Assembly (NCBI GenBank): GCA_043797265.1
Contig: JAZDPV010000012.1
Location: 1-64,000 of the forward strand
DNA length: 64,000 bases
From: an archaeon
GTDB taxonomy: Archaea; Nanobdellota; Nanobdellia; Pacearchaeales; GW2011-AR1
Reading direction: 5' to 3'
Shown: positions 1 through 10,594 of the stretch, piece after piece
Layout of the letters: every line of letters starts with the position of its first letter
Position numbering within the stretch: position 1 is the first letter of the stretch
Notes under the pieces: generated by a model
Databases searched by the model: none
Seen by the model: only the letters and a program-made list of their open reading frames with translations
What the model was told of the DNA's origin: nothing
Program-made: the position numbers and the translations under genes

Positions 1-159
1 GGTTTTGATTTCAACTTTAGAGTATCCTAAAAATTCTAATTGGTCTGTTGAATAATCCCCATCCTTTAAAAATTCCCGAATCACCCCAACCCTCTTCCAA
101 AAAAAATCTTTTTGGTCTTTTTCCGTTAAATATTTAAATAGGGTTACACTTCTGTTCAT
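1..159 (-). CDS. partial hypothetical protein running off the window start (MNRSVTLFKYLTEKDQKDFFWKRVG...)
   Basis: Translated by hand: open frame from ATG at 159 to position 1, co-oriented with the integrase and RHH-like genes. Confidence 0.35.
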   Translation of the reverse strand, partial: MNRSVTLFKYLTEKDQKDFFWKRVGVIREFLKDGDYSTDQLEFLGYSKVEIKT

Positions 160-212
160 TGTAATATGATGTGAAGAGGCGGGAATTATGCACTACAAAT
201 GCACCCGCTTTT

Positions 213-449
213 TTACGTCTTCTTTTCACTCACCCCTTTTAGTTTTTGATTTTGCTCATATACATCGTTAGCCCTTATCCAATCCCACAACATCTCATTT
301 ATAACAGGAGAAAATTCTGTGAGTTTGTGTTTTTGTTTATACTCTTCAATTCTTTTTTTTAGAGATTCGTCTATTGTAATATTACACCCAATCTTCTTCT
401 CCTTTTTTCTTAACTTACTCCCTATATCTGAAAGTATGCTATTAACCAT
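213..449 (-). CDS. small ribbon-helix-helix/CopG-like DNA-binding protein
   Basis: Strand-helix-helix-like pattern CNITIDESLKKRIEEY...FSPVINEMLWDWI; next to integrase. Confidence 0.5.
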   Translation of the reverse strand: MVNSILSDIGSKLRKKEKKIGCNITIDESLKKRIEEYKQKHKLTEFSPVINEMLWDWIRANDVYEQNQKLKGVSEKKT

Positions 450-512
450 AACAGAACGATATCATATTAGTATATAAGGTTTTCGGTTTTTTTAATACAG
501 ATTTAAATCAGG

Positions 513-1544
513 TTAGTTCACACCCTTAACATTCTTCTTAACTAACTTCCCGACATTCCCTTTTAACTTCTCCGTCGACAAATTCAATTTCTTAACAACT
601 TCGGCGAGGGCAATATGGAAGTTTTTATTTTCCATTTCTATTTTCTCAATTCTTAATTCGAGTTCATGTTTTTTCTCAGGTGGTAAATCTTCGGGACTAA
701 CATAAATACTTCTCGCTATTTCTTTTAATTTCGTTTTATCATTATGAACATACTTACCTTTCATACTTTTGGTATGTCCCATTTGTCGAGCAATAGCGTC
801 GTCTTTTATGTCCTTACCATAGTTTATCGTAGCGATTGAATGGCGGAGTGTGTATAAATCAATTTGATGACCGAGAACTTTTTTTGATAATCCCCTTATT
901 CTTGCGTATGCGGTTTTAACATTTATCGGCTTCTTAGTTCGGCTATTACAAAACACAAACTCATTTTTATCGTCGATAATCTTCTTTAAATAAAAAGCAA
1001 CATCCGACGGAACAAACTTAATGAATGAGGTTTTGTTTTTCTTTGAGTAAATTGTAATATATGCCCCGTCATCCTCGAACTCGATTTTATCTTTCATTAA
1101 GTTGCTAACCTCGACGGGTCGGCAACATCCATAAAATAAAGTTAAAAAATATGCCTTCCAAAAAATACTTTCCTCCGCCTTAATCAATTTCCCAAATTCT
1201 TCCTCTGAAATCATATCATCCGCCTCGTAAGTTGCCCCAGCCTTTTCCGTCTTACACATAACATCCAAATTCCTAAACCTTAAACTCCAATCGGGATAAT
1301 ACCACTTAACAAAATTTTTAATATATGAACTCTTGATATTGTTTAACATTTGAATAGAATACTTTGGAGTTATTTTGTCGAGATAATTTAATAAAACTTC
1401 GTCGTCAAAATCTTTTAATGTTTTCTTTGTTGAATAGATAAACTTACTTATATGAAATCTAATGTCATTTAAGGTCTTAGAGTGATTCCGTAACCGACGA
1501 TACTTGACATAATCATCGAGGACTTTTTCTTTCTCCTTATCCAT
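513..1544 (-). CDS. tyrosine recombinase/integrase
   Basis: Catalytic motifs YGCCRPVEV (R), YTLRHSIAT (HxxR region), QMGH...Y. Confidence 0.9.
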   Translation of the reverse strand: MDKEKEKVLDDYVKYRRLRNHSKTLNDIRFHISKFIYSTKKTLKDFDDEVLLNYLDKITPKYSIQMLNNIKSSYIKNFVKWYYPDWSLRFRNLDVMCKTEKAGATYEADDMISEEEFGKLIKAEESIFWKAYFLTLFYGCCRPVEVSNLMKDKIEFEDDGAYITIYSKKNKTSFIKFVPSDVAFYLKKIIDDKNEFVFCNSRTKKPINVKTAYARIRGLSKKVLGHQIDLYTLRHSIATINYGKDIKDDAIARQMGHTKSMKGKYVHNDKTKLKEIARSIYVSPEDLPPEKKHELELRIEKIEMENKNFHIALAEVVKKLNLSTEKLKGNVGKLVKKNVKGVN

Positions 1545-1651
1545 AAAACATTATATTCTTACCCCTTATAAACATTGTGAAAGGGTAAAAGTTATAGGTG
1601 TATTGAACTATGAGGGGGCAATCTATCCTAACGGTTTCTCCTTATAAAGTT

Positions 1652-2395
1652 TTACTTCAATCTAATCTTCCCCTTCTGCCAATCATCAATAATCTTAACC
1701 GCCGTCCTATTCTCGTCAACCTCACCACCCTTTACTAAATAACCACGCTTTCTCCCAATCGCTTCAAAAACATCATCAACACTCTCGCCATCAACTCCAT
1801 AAAAATTTTTAATAGCCAATCTAACTCTCTCACTCTCCCCTAAAAGAAAAATCGCAACCTTCTCCGGATTTTTAATTTTATGCGCATCCTTCGACGCCGT
1901 CATTCCAACCTGAATCCTCCCATCCCCAAACGGAATCACCCCCGGCGAATCCATAATCCTTAATCTCCCGACGCGAACCCATTGCGTCTTCCTCGTTGTC
2001 CCAGCCACCGACGACACTTTCGCCCGAGCACCAACCGCCAATAAATTTATCAAACTCGACTTCCCAACATTCGGATAACCAACAACTCCAACTCGCAAAC
2101 TCGAACGACCCCAGCCATCAGCCATCTTCTCCAAAAACAACTTCAACTCCCTAACACCAACTTTCCTCGTCGCTGAAATAAAAAACCCATCCGGATAAAA
2201 CCGCTTTAATTCCTCAACATCCTTCCTCCCAACCAAATCAATTTTATTAAAAACATAAACTAATTTCTTCCCCATGCTATCAACCTTCCTAACAATCTCA
2301 GAATTCCGCCCAACCTCCGGCATCCTCGCATCAACCAACATCAACACAACATCCGAATTCCGCAACACATTCAAAACCACCGGCCAAAATCCCAT
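1652..2395 (-). CDS. circularly permuted GTPase, YlqF/RbgA family
   Basis: DAR, NKID, SAT, GYPNVGKSS, GTT, DSPG in G4-G5-G1-G2-G3 order; start placed at MGFW about 23 nt from a TATA-like box. Confidence 0.9.
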   Translation of the reverse strand: MGFWPVVLNVLRNSDVVLMLVDARMPEVGRNSEIVRKVDSMGKKLVYVFNKIDLVGRKDVEELKRFYPDGFFISATRKVGVRELKLFLEKMADGWGRSSLRVGVVGYPNVGKSSLINLLAVGARAKVSSVAGTTRKTQWVRVGRLRIMDSPGVIPFGDGRIQVGMTASKDAHKIKNPEKVAIFLLGESERVRLAIKNFYGVDGESVDDVFEAIGRKRGYLVKGGEVDENRTAVKIIDDWQKGKIRLK

Positions 2396-2440
2396 CGCAA
2401 TCACACGCCAAATGAGATTATAAAACTTATCAAAAATTAA

Positions 2441-3175
2441 TCACTTCAACTCATACGTAACCGAAACCCTTCCCTGAATCGTCCTTTCCCCCACCTGAAT
2501 CTCCGTCTCTACCTTCGCCCCCCTGACACTCTCGCCGCCAACCGAAGCGCTATCATAAGCCAACCACGGATAATAATCAAAATCAGAACTGCTCGTTGAA
2601 ACAACATCACCCAACTTCGCGCCAAGCCCGCCGGCAATCGCCTCCGCCTTAATCCTCGCGTCCTGCGCCGCCAACTTCAACGCCTCCGCCTTGTACCGAT
2701 TCTCAAGCTCACGACTCAACTCAAAATTAATATAACTCAACATCGCCCCCGAATCAATCCCGGCATCAATCACATCGCCAATCTCGCCATCAGTCGAAAG
2801 TTCAACCTTTATCGAATGCGTCGCCTTGAACCCCTTCGAAATTCTCTGCCCGCTCGTCCAATCAAAATCCTCGTAAACATTAAAATTCTCCGTCACAATA
2901 TCCTCGCGCGCAAAACCTTCCTTCACTAAAGCAGTCACAACAGCGTCGACAATCTCGGCATTCGCATCCTTCGCAACCTTCGCACTACCCCCGCTCGTCT
3001 CGACGCTAAAATAAACACTCACCAAATCCGGCACAACTTTGACTTCAGCAATCCCATTTGAAACCACCGTCTGTTCAGAAACGCCCTCCGAAAAAACATA
3101 AAACCCCAAAAGCGCGACAACTAAAATCGCCCCAACAATCATCCCGGTAATCACAACCGAATTATCCATCTTCAT
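2441..3175 (-). CDS. SIMPL (DUF541) domain protein with N-terminal membrane anchor
   Basis: GIAEVKVVPD, EALKLAAQDARIKAEAIA, VSVTYEL motifs. Confidence 0.85.
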   Translation of the reverse strand: MKMDNSVVITGMIVGAILVVALLGFYVFSEGVSEQTVVSNGIAEVKVVPDLVSVYFSVETSGGSAKVAKDANAEIVDAVVTALVKEGFAREDIVTENFNVYEDFDWTSGQRISKGFKATHSIKVELSTDGEIGDVIDAGIDSGAMLSYINFELSRELENRYKAEALKLAAQDARIKAEAIAGGLGAKLGDVVSTSSSDFDYYPWLAYDSASVGGESVRGAKVETEIQVGERTIQGRVSVTYELK

Positions 3176-3398
3176 AAATACACAAAATAAAATCCCTTAA
3201 TAAATCTTATCATCAAAACCGACCGCAACCACTCCAAAGTCAAATGACTTATAAATCAAATTATCCTCCCAAATATACATCCAATTCCACATTTCTATAT
3301 AAACAAAAAAACCTTATTCAAATTGTAATTGTATTAAAGAGGTGTGGATCTGATCCAAAACTCAGCACGACGCACCTCTTTTGATTTCCCCCTACCAT

Positions 3399-4349
3399 CT
3401 ACCCCCTACCAACTATCCTCCCCTCTTGCCAATCCCTCAAAATCAGCCTCGCTGTCCTGTCAACATCAACAACCCCGCCCTTTCCCAAAAATCCCTTCTT
3501 TTTTCCAAGTTCCTCAATCAATTTATCAACATCACCATCAACTTTAATCCCATAAAACTTTTCTATCAAGCTTCCTGACACCTGACACCTGACACCTGAC
3601 ACCTGTTGCTTTTCTTCTGAAAGAAGAAAAGCAACCGCTCCTTCCGGATCTCTCACGTCGCTATAAGTCCTCGCCCCAACTTTCACATCCTTCGCAAAAC
3701 TCCCGCTCTCACTTGAATACCTGTTTCCCGAAATCACCCCCGGCGTATCCAAAACCAAAATATTCTCACTCATCCGAATCTTCTGCATCCCCTTCGTAAA
3801 CCCCGCCTGCTTCCCAACCCTAGCAACCCCCCGCTTCGTAATCATATTAATCACCGAACTCTTCCCCGCATTCGGATAACCAATCACTCCAACATGCACC
3901 CTCTTCCACTCCGCACCTTCACCTCTCTCAACCTCTCCCAACCTCTCCCAACCTGCGGATTTTCGCGAAGCCAAAATCCGCCGCGCCTCCATCTTTATCC
4001 TCGCCCTCAAATCTCTCCCGCCAATCCCCTTCGTCGCCGAAACAAAAACACACGGCCTCATCTCCCTCGCCAACTTCCTACTTTCTATTTTCCATTTTCC
4101 ATTTTCTCGCGAAGCACCAACCAAATCAATTTTATTCAAAACATAAATCAACCTCTTGCCCCTCTTTAAAACATCCGCCTCGACCTCAGCATTCCTCATC
4201 TCGTCGGCAAACCTCGCGTCCAAAATTTCCAACACAATATCCGAAATCCTCACGACATCCCGCATCACATCCGGATATTTCCCTCTCTGTTTCCTAATAT
4301 TCGAAATGTGCCCCGTATGCCGACTTCCAAAACTATAACGAACTCTCAT
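3399..4349 (-). CDS. second circularly permuted GTPase, YlqF/RbgA family, with repeat-derived inserts
   Basis: DAR, NKID, SAT, GYPNAGKSS, GFT, DTPG. Confidence 0.9.
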   Translation of the reverse strand: MRVRYSFGSRHTGHISNIRKQRGKYPDVMRDVVRISDIVLEILDARFADEMRNAEVEADVLKRGKRLIYVLNKIDLVGASRENGKWKIESRKLAREMRPCVFVSATKGIGGRDLRARIKMEARRILASRKSAGWERLGEVERGEGAEWKRVHVGVIGYPNAGKSSVINMITKRGVARVGKQAGFTKGMQKIRMSENILVLDTPGVISGNRYSSESGSFAKDVKVGARTYSDVRDPEGAVAFLLSEEKQQVSGVRCQVSGSLIEKFYGIKVDGDVDKLIEELGKKKGFLGKGGVVDVDRTARLILRDWQEGRIVGRG

Positions 4350-4400
4350 AAAACAATTAGGTTTTTGGTGCTTAAAGAGTTAACTTAAACAGAACAAATC

Positions 4401-4474
4401 TGCAAATAAATTTTTTAGGCGCAGGTTGTCCGTTGCAAAGCAATGGACAGCGCCATTAAAAAAATTCATTTGCA
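4401..4474. repeat. long imperfect inverted repeat (hairpin)
   Basis: tgcaaat-aaatttttta-ggcgc...tgtccgttgc-aaa-gcaatggaca-gcgcc..taaaaaaatt-c-atttgca. Confidence 0.75.
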
Positions 4475-4538
4475 CTAAATACGATTCGAAGAATCGCTAT
4501 ATAGAGGAGTACACAGCGAGAGAACCTTAGGTTCTGCG

Positions 4539-4661
4539 CTACACAATATCCGAAATCCTCACGACATCTTTCATAACCTCGGGATATTTCCCCCTCTGCT
4601 TCTTAATATTCGCAATCCGCCCCGTATGCCTCGACCCAAAACTATACCTAACTCTCGCCAT
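4539..4661 (-). pseudogene. orphan 40-codon diverged copy of the GTPase 5' end
   Basis: Translates MARVRYSFGSRHTGRIANIKKQRGKYPEVMKDVVRISDIV*, versus MRVRYSFGSRHTGHISNIRKQRGKYPDVMRDVVRISDIVL at 4349. Confidence 0.85.
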
Positions 4662-4690
4662 ATAAAAATAATTACCCCAACTTTAAAAAC

Positions 4691-7585
4691 TCACTTCTTC
4701 AACCCCTTCCTCAACTTCCAAATCCGCCTAACCAACAATCCCGCCAAAATCAAAAACACAATAAGAATAATTCCAATATAAGAAAAATCGCCACTCCAAT
4801 CCAGCGAAGCAAATCCAGTCACACCCGCCCCGCCCCCATAAATAAAATCCTCCTCAACAAAATTAACATTCCTATCAGAAATCGCAATCTTCAACATTCC
4901 CCCCTCAGCATCCCCGACATCCATCACAACACTCCCCTTGTAAACCTCGCCCGAAATCAACTCAACATTCTCAACAACTTCATCAACAACATTCCCATCC
5001 GAATCAAAAATCCTAAAATACAAAACACTTTCCAAATTCCCCGTCGGCTCGACGCTATAATCAACTTTTAACTCACTCCCCGAACCAAACTCAATTCCCA
5101 AAATCGAAACATCCAAACTCGGTTTCAAAACCTCGATACTCAAAGGAACAACCTCGCTAACATTATCCAAACATTTCACTTTCATCTCCAAATCTTCAAC
5201 TCCCTCCAACGCCCGAAGCACAAATCTAAACTCAACAATCTCCCCCGCCCCAATATTAAAAACATCATTCGAATCAATAAAACTCCCACCGCTCAAACTG
5301 CACTTGTTAACCGACGTCGTCCCCGTATTTTTGACTTCAACCGAAAGACTCTTTTCCTCCCCTCGCGAAACAATCACACTAACCTTGTCAATCTTCAACC
5401 TCGCAAGCGAATCAATAAAATAACCGCCTCCACCTCCACCACCCGAACCCCCGCTCGAAGGAGGACTCACCACCACCGAACTCGTGTCAACACTAAAACT
5501 CAAACTCTTGAAATTATTATTCCCCACAGAATCACTGACATAAAAATTGAAAACAAAATCAGCGTCGACAGTAACACTAAAATTCACAGTCCCCGCAGAA
5601 CAATTAACAGAACTATTCGCAACCTCAACACTCTCGCCCCGATAAACATTATACTTGCAACTCACCGGCGAAGCATCAGAAACAACCCAGCTCGAAAAAA
5701 CACTCCTGCTTATCTTCCTCCCACTCGGCTGACTTAAACTAACATCAGGACTAACGCTATCAACATAAAAACTCTTGTTCCCATCGAAAGCAAAATTCCC
5801 GACGCTATCATTGCACCTCACATTCCACAAATAATTCCCATCACTCAAATTCAAATAAAAACTATTAACAACCCCGTTCATCGGCGAAACATCTATTTGA
5901 TTTAATCCAAACCCCCCGCCAAAATCCCCCCACAACTCACAACTCTCTAAATCAACATCCGTCGGAACAAAACTAAACTGCACATTCTCCCCACCATCAA
6001 GATAAACTCCATCCACCGGAGAACTCAAACTAATTGTAGGCGCCCCAACAGCAACGCTAAAACCAACACTGTCACTCGCCCCAAGCCCCAAACTATCATT
6101 CGCATAAACACCCAAAACATAACTCCCGCTCCCGCCAACATCAAAAGTTGAATTCAAACAGCCAGTCAAACTAACATTCGCACCACCATCAACATTATAC
6201 CAGCAAGAATCTAAATTCCCGTCGCTGTCAAAAACAAAAAACTCCAAAGGGATACTTTCATTATAACCATAAGTATTCCCTTCCTCGGGCACAATCACAA
6301 CAACGCTCGGCGCCTGATTCACTAAATCATAATCAATAACAACACTTTCCAAAATCGAACTAATAACACCCGGACTCACAAACCCAACCCTATATTGAAA
6401 ATACCTATTATCACCCAACCCCAAACTCGAAGAATTATCAACATCAGCCCAGCTTTCCCCCAAACACAACTCATCATCACAACTCCTGACATAATACGAC
6501 AACGAAGAAAACTTAATCAACGAACTCAGCCCAAAAACATTCCCGCTAACCCCATTTATATTTTCAACCAGCCTCGTGAAACTAACACCCGAATCCGTCG
6601 ACAAATAAACATCCTCGCTCCCATCAATAATATAAATATAATCATTGGAATCAATATAAATAACTATACCAGACCCCAAATCCCCTCCATTAAAATCATC
6701 ATTGACTAAAACCCAACTCACACCCAAATCCGTCGATTGCCATAAATCCTGATTATGTAACACAAAAAGCACCCCGAAACTATTTGAAAACATATCAGTA
6801 ACATCATTACCAACCCCTCCATTATAATCATCACTCACCTTCATCCAGCTGACACCCGAATCCGTCGACCGATAAACCTTTGCAGTACCATCAATAACAA
6901 AAAGATTGTCGCTTTTATCAACAGCCATCGCCCCCGCATTCGGCCCCTCTCCAAAAATCTCATTAACAACACTAAAACTCAAACCCGAATCCGTCGACTT
7001 AAAAACACCATCGCCCCCATCGACAATATAAATATAATCATTGCCGTCAATCGCCATCACCAAACCAGCATTACTTCGCGCTCCATTAAAATCATCATTC
7101 ACTTTCGTCCAGCTAACACCCGAATCCGTCGACGACCACAAATCCTGTCCATACAAAACAAACAAACTCCTGGAACTATTCCTAACCATAGCAGTCGCCC
7201 CATTCCCGTCTCCCCCATTATAATCATCATTAACCAAAACCCAAACCACCCCACCCACAGAACCCCAAACATCCGCAACCCCGTCGACCGCATACAAACT
7301 ATCAACACTAAAATCCTGCGAAACCCAACTCAAATTATTCCAAACCGCCTCGCCGCCTGCATCAAAAACCTCGCTAACATAACTCCCGCTCAAATTCGTC
7401 CCAGCCAAAACAACCCCACTCCCATTATAAAAAGTATTATTATAAACACCGTCGTCAAAATCCGAACCTGAATTACTAAAAATAGCGAACCCCGTAAAAT
7501 GCAATCCGACATTCACCAGCGAAAAAACAAAAACACCAAAAACAAACACCCCCATCACCATCACCCAGAATTTTCTGTCTCTCAT
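4691..7585 (-). CDS. large surface protein with Asp-box/BNR beta-propeller, Ig-like domains and C-terminal TM anchor
   Basis: N-terminal hydrophobic helix then TGFAI; repeated STDSGVSW; SSGGSGGGGGG linker; C-terminal TM followed by basic tail. Confidence 0.8.
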   Translation of the reverse strand: MRDRKFWVMVMGVFVFGVFVFSLVNVGLHFTGFAIFSNSGSDFDDGVYNNTFYNGSGVVLAGTNLSGSYVSEVFDAGGEAVWNNLSWVSQDFSVDSLYAVDGVADVWGSVGGVVWVLVNDDYNGGDGNGATAMVRNSSRSLFVLYGQDLWSSTDSGVSWTKVNDDFNGARSNAGLVMAIDGNDYIYIVDGGDGVFKSTDSGLSFSVVNEIFGEGPNAGAMAVDKSDNLFVIDGTAKVYRSTDSGVSWMKVSDDYNGGVGNDVTDMFSNSFGVLFVLHNQDLWQSTDLGVSWVLVNDDFNGGDLGSGIVIYIDSNDYIYIIDGSEDVYLSTDSGVSFTRLVENINGVSGNVFGLSSLIKFSSLSYYVRSCDDELCLGESWADVDNSSSLGLGDNRYFQYRVGFVSPGVISSILESVVIDYDLVNQAPSVVVIVPEEGNTYGYNESIPLEFFVFDSDGNLDSCWYNVDGGANVSLTGCLNSTFDVGGSGSYVLGVYANDSLGLGASDSVGFSVAVGAPTISLSSPVDGVYLDGGENVQFSFVPTDVDLESCELWGDFGGGFGLNQIDVSPMNGVVNSFYLNLSDGNYLWNVRCNDSVGNFAFDGNKSFYVDSVSPDVSLSQPSGRKISRSVFSSWVVSDASPVSCKYNVYRGESVEVANSSVNCSAGTVNFSVTVDADFVFNFYVSDSVGNNNFKSLSFSVDTSSVVVSPPSSGGSGGGGGGGYFIDSLARLKIDKVSVIVSRGEEKSLSVEVKNTGTTSVNKCSLSGGSFIDSNDVFNIGAGEIVEFRFVLRALEGVEDLEMKVKCLDNVSEVVPLSIEVLKPSLDVSILGIEFGSGSELKVDYSVEPTGNLESVLYFRIFDSDGNVVDEVVENVELISGEVYKGSVVMDVGDAEGGMLKIAISDRNVNFVEEDFIYGGGAGVTGFASLDWSGDFSYIGIILIVFLILAGLLVRRIWKLRKGLKK

Positions 7586-7658
7586 AAAACACAATAACAT
7601 AAATACTATTTAAAAGTTGCCCCCAAAGATTTAAATATAATTCCCCACTAAAATTAAC

Positions 7659-8435
7659 ATGAAAAAATCCCATTATCTACTATCTGCCCTCTGTTGCCTA
7701 TTGCTACTCTCGTTCGCATCCGCCGAATTCTCAATCGACATCTCCGGCCTCAAAACCAAAAACTACAACCCCAACGAAGAAATGACATTCAAAATAATTC
7801 TGCTCGAAAACGGGAACCCAGTCTCCAAAGAAGTTACATACGGAATCACCGACGCCCTCGAAAAAACAAAAATCACAGGCAAGACAAACTCAAACGAACC
7901 AACCTCATTCAAAATCGAAAAAGAATTCGCAAGCGGAATCTGGACAATCACAGCGAACTATCAGGACTCCCAAGTCAAACGAGCATTCACCATCGCTGAA
8001 AACCCCGAAGTCGAATTCTTAATCGAAGGCGACGAACTAATAATTAGAAACACCGGCAACGTCCGATATACAAAAACAATCCAGATAATAATCGGCACCG
8101 AAACAAACTCATACGCCCAAAACATCCGGGCCGGCGACGAAAAAATCCTAAAACTAATCTCGCCCGATGGAACATACAACATCCAAGTTACTGACGGCGA
8201 AACATCAATCAGGAAAGAAAACGTCCATCTCTTCGGGACAGGAAATGTAATCGGCGCAGTAGATAAAGAACTCGTCGGCTACACCGGATTCGCAGGAACA
8301 AGTGACCCAACATCCCTTGAAGACCGCCCATCATCACTCGCAAAACTCCCACTCGCCCTAATCTTCATCGCCGCAATTGGAATCTTAATCGTCCTTGTCA
8401 TCGTCGAAAGACACCTGTCTAAAAAGAAAACTTAA
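7659..8435 (+). CDS. secreted/membrane-anchored hypothetical protein
   Basis: Signal peptide, Ig-like IRNTGNV motif, C-terminal TM helix. Confidence 0.75.
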   Translation: MKKSHYLLSALCCLLLLSFASAEFSIDISGLKTKNYNPNEEMTFKIILLENGNPVSKEVTYGITDALEKTKITGKTNSNEPTSFKIEKEFASGIWTITANYQDSQVKRAFTIAENPEVEFLIEGDELIIRNTGNVRYTKTIQIIIGTETNSYAQNIRAGDEKILKLISPDGTYNIQVTDGETSIRKENVHLFGTGNVIGAVDKELVGYTGFAGTSDPTSLEDRPSSLAKLPLALIFIAAIGILIVLVIVERHLSKKKT

Positions 8436-9224
8436 TTACTTCCTCATTCTATCTCTTCTGTTTTCCAATTGCGATAATTCCATTTTTTCATTAGCCAATC
8501 TCAACTTCGCCTCACGAATAATCTCCTCCACATCTTCTTGCCTTACTCTTCTAATTTTTTCTTCAGTTTCCTTTATCTCTTTCTTCACGCACTTCAATTC
8601 CCGCTCCTCTTTATCTAAAACCGCCTCGCCAAATTTTCTACGACGAAACATTATAAAAATAAAAACGAACAAAAATAACAAAACCATAAAACCACTAATA
8701 AAAAAAACCCAACCGAAAGAGTCATCTTCCTCCAAAGATAACGCCTTCCCCGTCATTAAAACACTTTCATTCACAACTTCTTCAGAAACACTTTCATTCA
8801 CAACTTTTTCGGAAACATTTTCATTCACAACGCTTTCATTTGTTTTATTAACCACAACCTCCTCAACAGAATTATTCACAACAACCGCACTCGCAGAAAT
8901 AAAACACTTCCCAACCGCACAATCAACATCCATCCCATTATCGAACTCCGTCCCCGTAATCTCCTGCTCAAAAGAATCCGACATTCCCTTAATAGCAACA
9001 ATAAGTTTATACGGAGCACTCAAAGAAAAAAACGTCTTCGTCGTAAAAATCCCTTCAGCGTCAGTAACCCCATTGTCGCTATTCAAAAGCGGTCCGCCAC
9101 CCGCAGTCCAAATAAAAACCGAAACCATTGTCTCCGGCTCCGTCATAACCCTAATCGGCCCATTCATCGACGACACAAAACTAAACAAAAACAAAAACAA
9201 AAAAATAACAATCACCTTCTTCAT
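8436..9224 (-). CDS. secreted single-pass membrane protein with coiled-coil tail
   Basis: Signal peptide MKKVIVIFLFLF, VVNESV repeats, TM helix; the longer ORF start overlaps a tRNA and was rejected. Confidence 0.7.
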   Translation of the reverse strand: MKKVIVIFLFLFLFSFVSSMNGPIRVMTEPETMVSVFIWTAGGGPLLNSDNGVTDAEGIFTTKTFFSLSAPYKLIVAIKGMSDSFEQEITGTEFDNGMDVDCAVGKCFISASAVVVNNSVEEVVVNKTNESVVNENVSEKVVNESVSEEVVNESVLMTGKALSLEEDDSFGWVFFISGFMVLLFLFVFIFIMFRRRKFGEAVLDKEERELKCVKKEIKETEEKIRRVRQEDVEEIIREAKLRLANEKMELSQLENRRDRMRK

Positions 9225-9302
9225 CGCAAACCAAACATTCCGCTCTTTATAAAAATTTCCAATCACAAAAGTTTTAAAGCAAAACAACTCTCTACTTTCA
9301 TC

Positions 9303-9373
9303 GGTCCAGTAAGCTAATGGCAGACTCTCTCGTTTACACCGAGATGGCGGAGGTTCGATTCCTCCCTGGACCA
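9303..9373 (+). tRNA. tRNA-Val(TAC)
   Basis: Acceptor GGTCCAG/CTGGACC, anticodon arm TCTCG-TTTACAC-CGAGA, T arm GGAGG-TTCGATT-CCTCC; no encoded CCA. Confidence 0.9.
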
Positions 9374-9442
9374 TCAACCCAAAAAATACTTAAATAATAA
9401 AATATTCTATTATCAATTATTTAATAAACAGCAACCACATAC

Positions 9443-10594
9443 TTAATTAATCCTCTTCCCATTTTTCAAAACAATCATATCCTTCTTTCTCAGCTCTTTA
9501 AAAAAATGCCCTGGAGGCACAACCGCCTCGGGAGCAAAACTTCCCTTCTTTGTAATAATCTTTTCTTTTATCATCTGACCAAGAATACTTGCAGGAATTC
9601 CTGTATCAATATTGCACCCCGCATCTTCCCACCCCTTTAAGGTCGGAACAAGACACTCCATAAGTATTTTTTTTCTTTTATTATTTTTCTTGCCCGTTAT
9701 CCTCACCCACAAATTTTCTTTCTCTCTATAATCCTCAGGAATTTTCAACTTCTTCAATACCTCAGTCAAAAAATTTACAGGCTTTATCTTAACGCCAAAA
9801 TAATCTATCTCTTTTTTACTCGCCATACCTACATCAATTAAAGCAGTTATCACACGAAAAGAATGCTCGGGAAATCCCGCATAAAACCTAATATTTTTTA
9901 CTCCCTTATCTTTAAAATAATGAAAAAAAGTAAACTGCTCTGGATGCCTCACGAAAAATTCTTTTTGCTTCCCAATTCCTCTATGATAATCCTCGATTAT
10001 CGAATCCAATGGCTTCTTTTTAATAAAATGCTTATTTTCAACAATGGGCGCCGGATCCGTAAATTCTTCCATAATACTTGGAATAGAAAAGGGGACAACA
10101 AATTTTTTAATATTAGAATCCCACGAAAAACCAACTTCAATATCAATAATACTATCAAATTTTTCTGAAGCATATCTCAACATTACATTCCCAATACCTG
10201 GAACAGAACCAATACCCGTTATAGCAACAATGTTTTTATTTTTAAAAAATTTATCCATAGCAAGCTGTTTTTTTGTTACCCAAATTTCAGAACCCAAATC
10301 AATATAATTTACACTCGCCCGAAGCGCAGATTTCGTCGCATTCAAATTCCAATCGCCTTCCATACAATTTATAACTACATCCGCTCCCGAATATTTAATC
10401 GCTTCAACCAAACTACCAATCACGCTCCCCTCTATATATTTAAACTCGGTTTTCTTATATCTCTTTAATAAATTCAAAATCCTCGATCTGTCTCTCCCGC
10501 ACAAAAGTACAGAATATCCTTTTTCGAGTAAATCTCTTGCAACTATTTTCCCCTGCAACCCCGTCGCTCCAAAAACAACAAAATCAAATTTCAT
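9443..10594 (-). CDS. saccharopine dehydrogenase-like NAD(P)-dependent oxidoreductase
   Basis: Rossmann motif VVFGATGLQG, YIDLG, GIGSVPG, C-terminal APEAVVP. Confidence 0.85.
   Translation of the reverse strand: MKFDFVVFGATGLQGKIVARDLLEKGYSVLLCGRDRSRILNLLKRYKKTEFKYIEGSVIGSLVEAIKYSGADVVINCMEGDWNLNATKSALRASVNYIDLGSEIWVTKKQLAMDKFFKNKNIVAITGIGSVPGIGNVMLRYASEKFDSIIDIEVGFSWDSNIKKFVVPFSIPSIMEEFTDPAPIVENKHFIKKKPLDSIIEDYHRGIGKQKEFFVRHPEQFTFFHYFKDKGVKNIRFYAGFPEHSFRVITALIDVGMASKKEIDYFGVKIKPVNFLTEVLKKLKIPEDYREKENLWVRITGKKNNKRKKILMECLVPTLKGWEDAGCNIDTGIPASILGQMIKEKIITKKGSFAPEAVVPPGHFFKELRKKDMIVLKNGKRIN

Larger units (their letters stand above)
1..1650. mobile_element. right-hand edge of a putative integrated element
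   Basis: Integrase plus small DNA-binding gene; AT-rich and lacking the host C-skew; no att site identified. Confidence 0.5.

Noticed and set aside
6580-7140. Repeated acccgaatccgtcgac DNA motifs
   Set aside because: They encode the Asp-box (STDSG) repeats of the surface protein
8761-8840. 27 nt tandem repeats
   Set aside because: Ordinary coding repeat (VVNESVSEE) in a stalk region
9225-9377. N-terminal extension of the 313 aa ORF
   Set aside because: It is the antisense of tRNA-Val; a signal peptide starts at 9224
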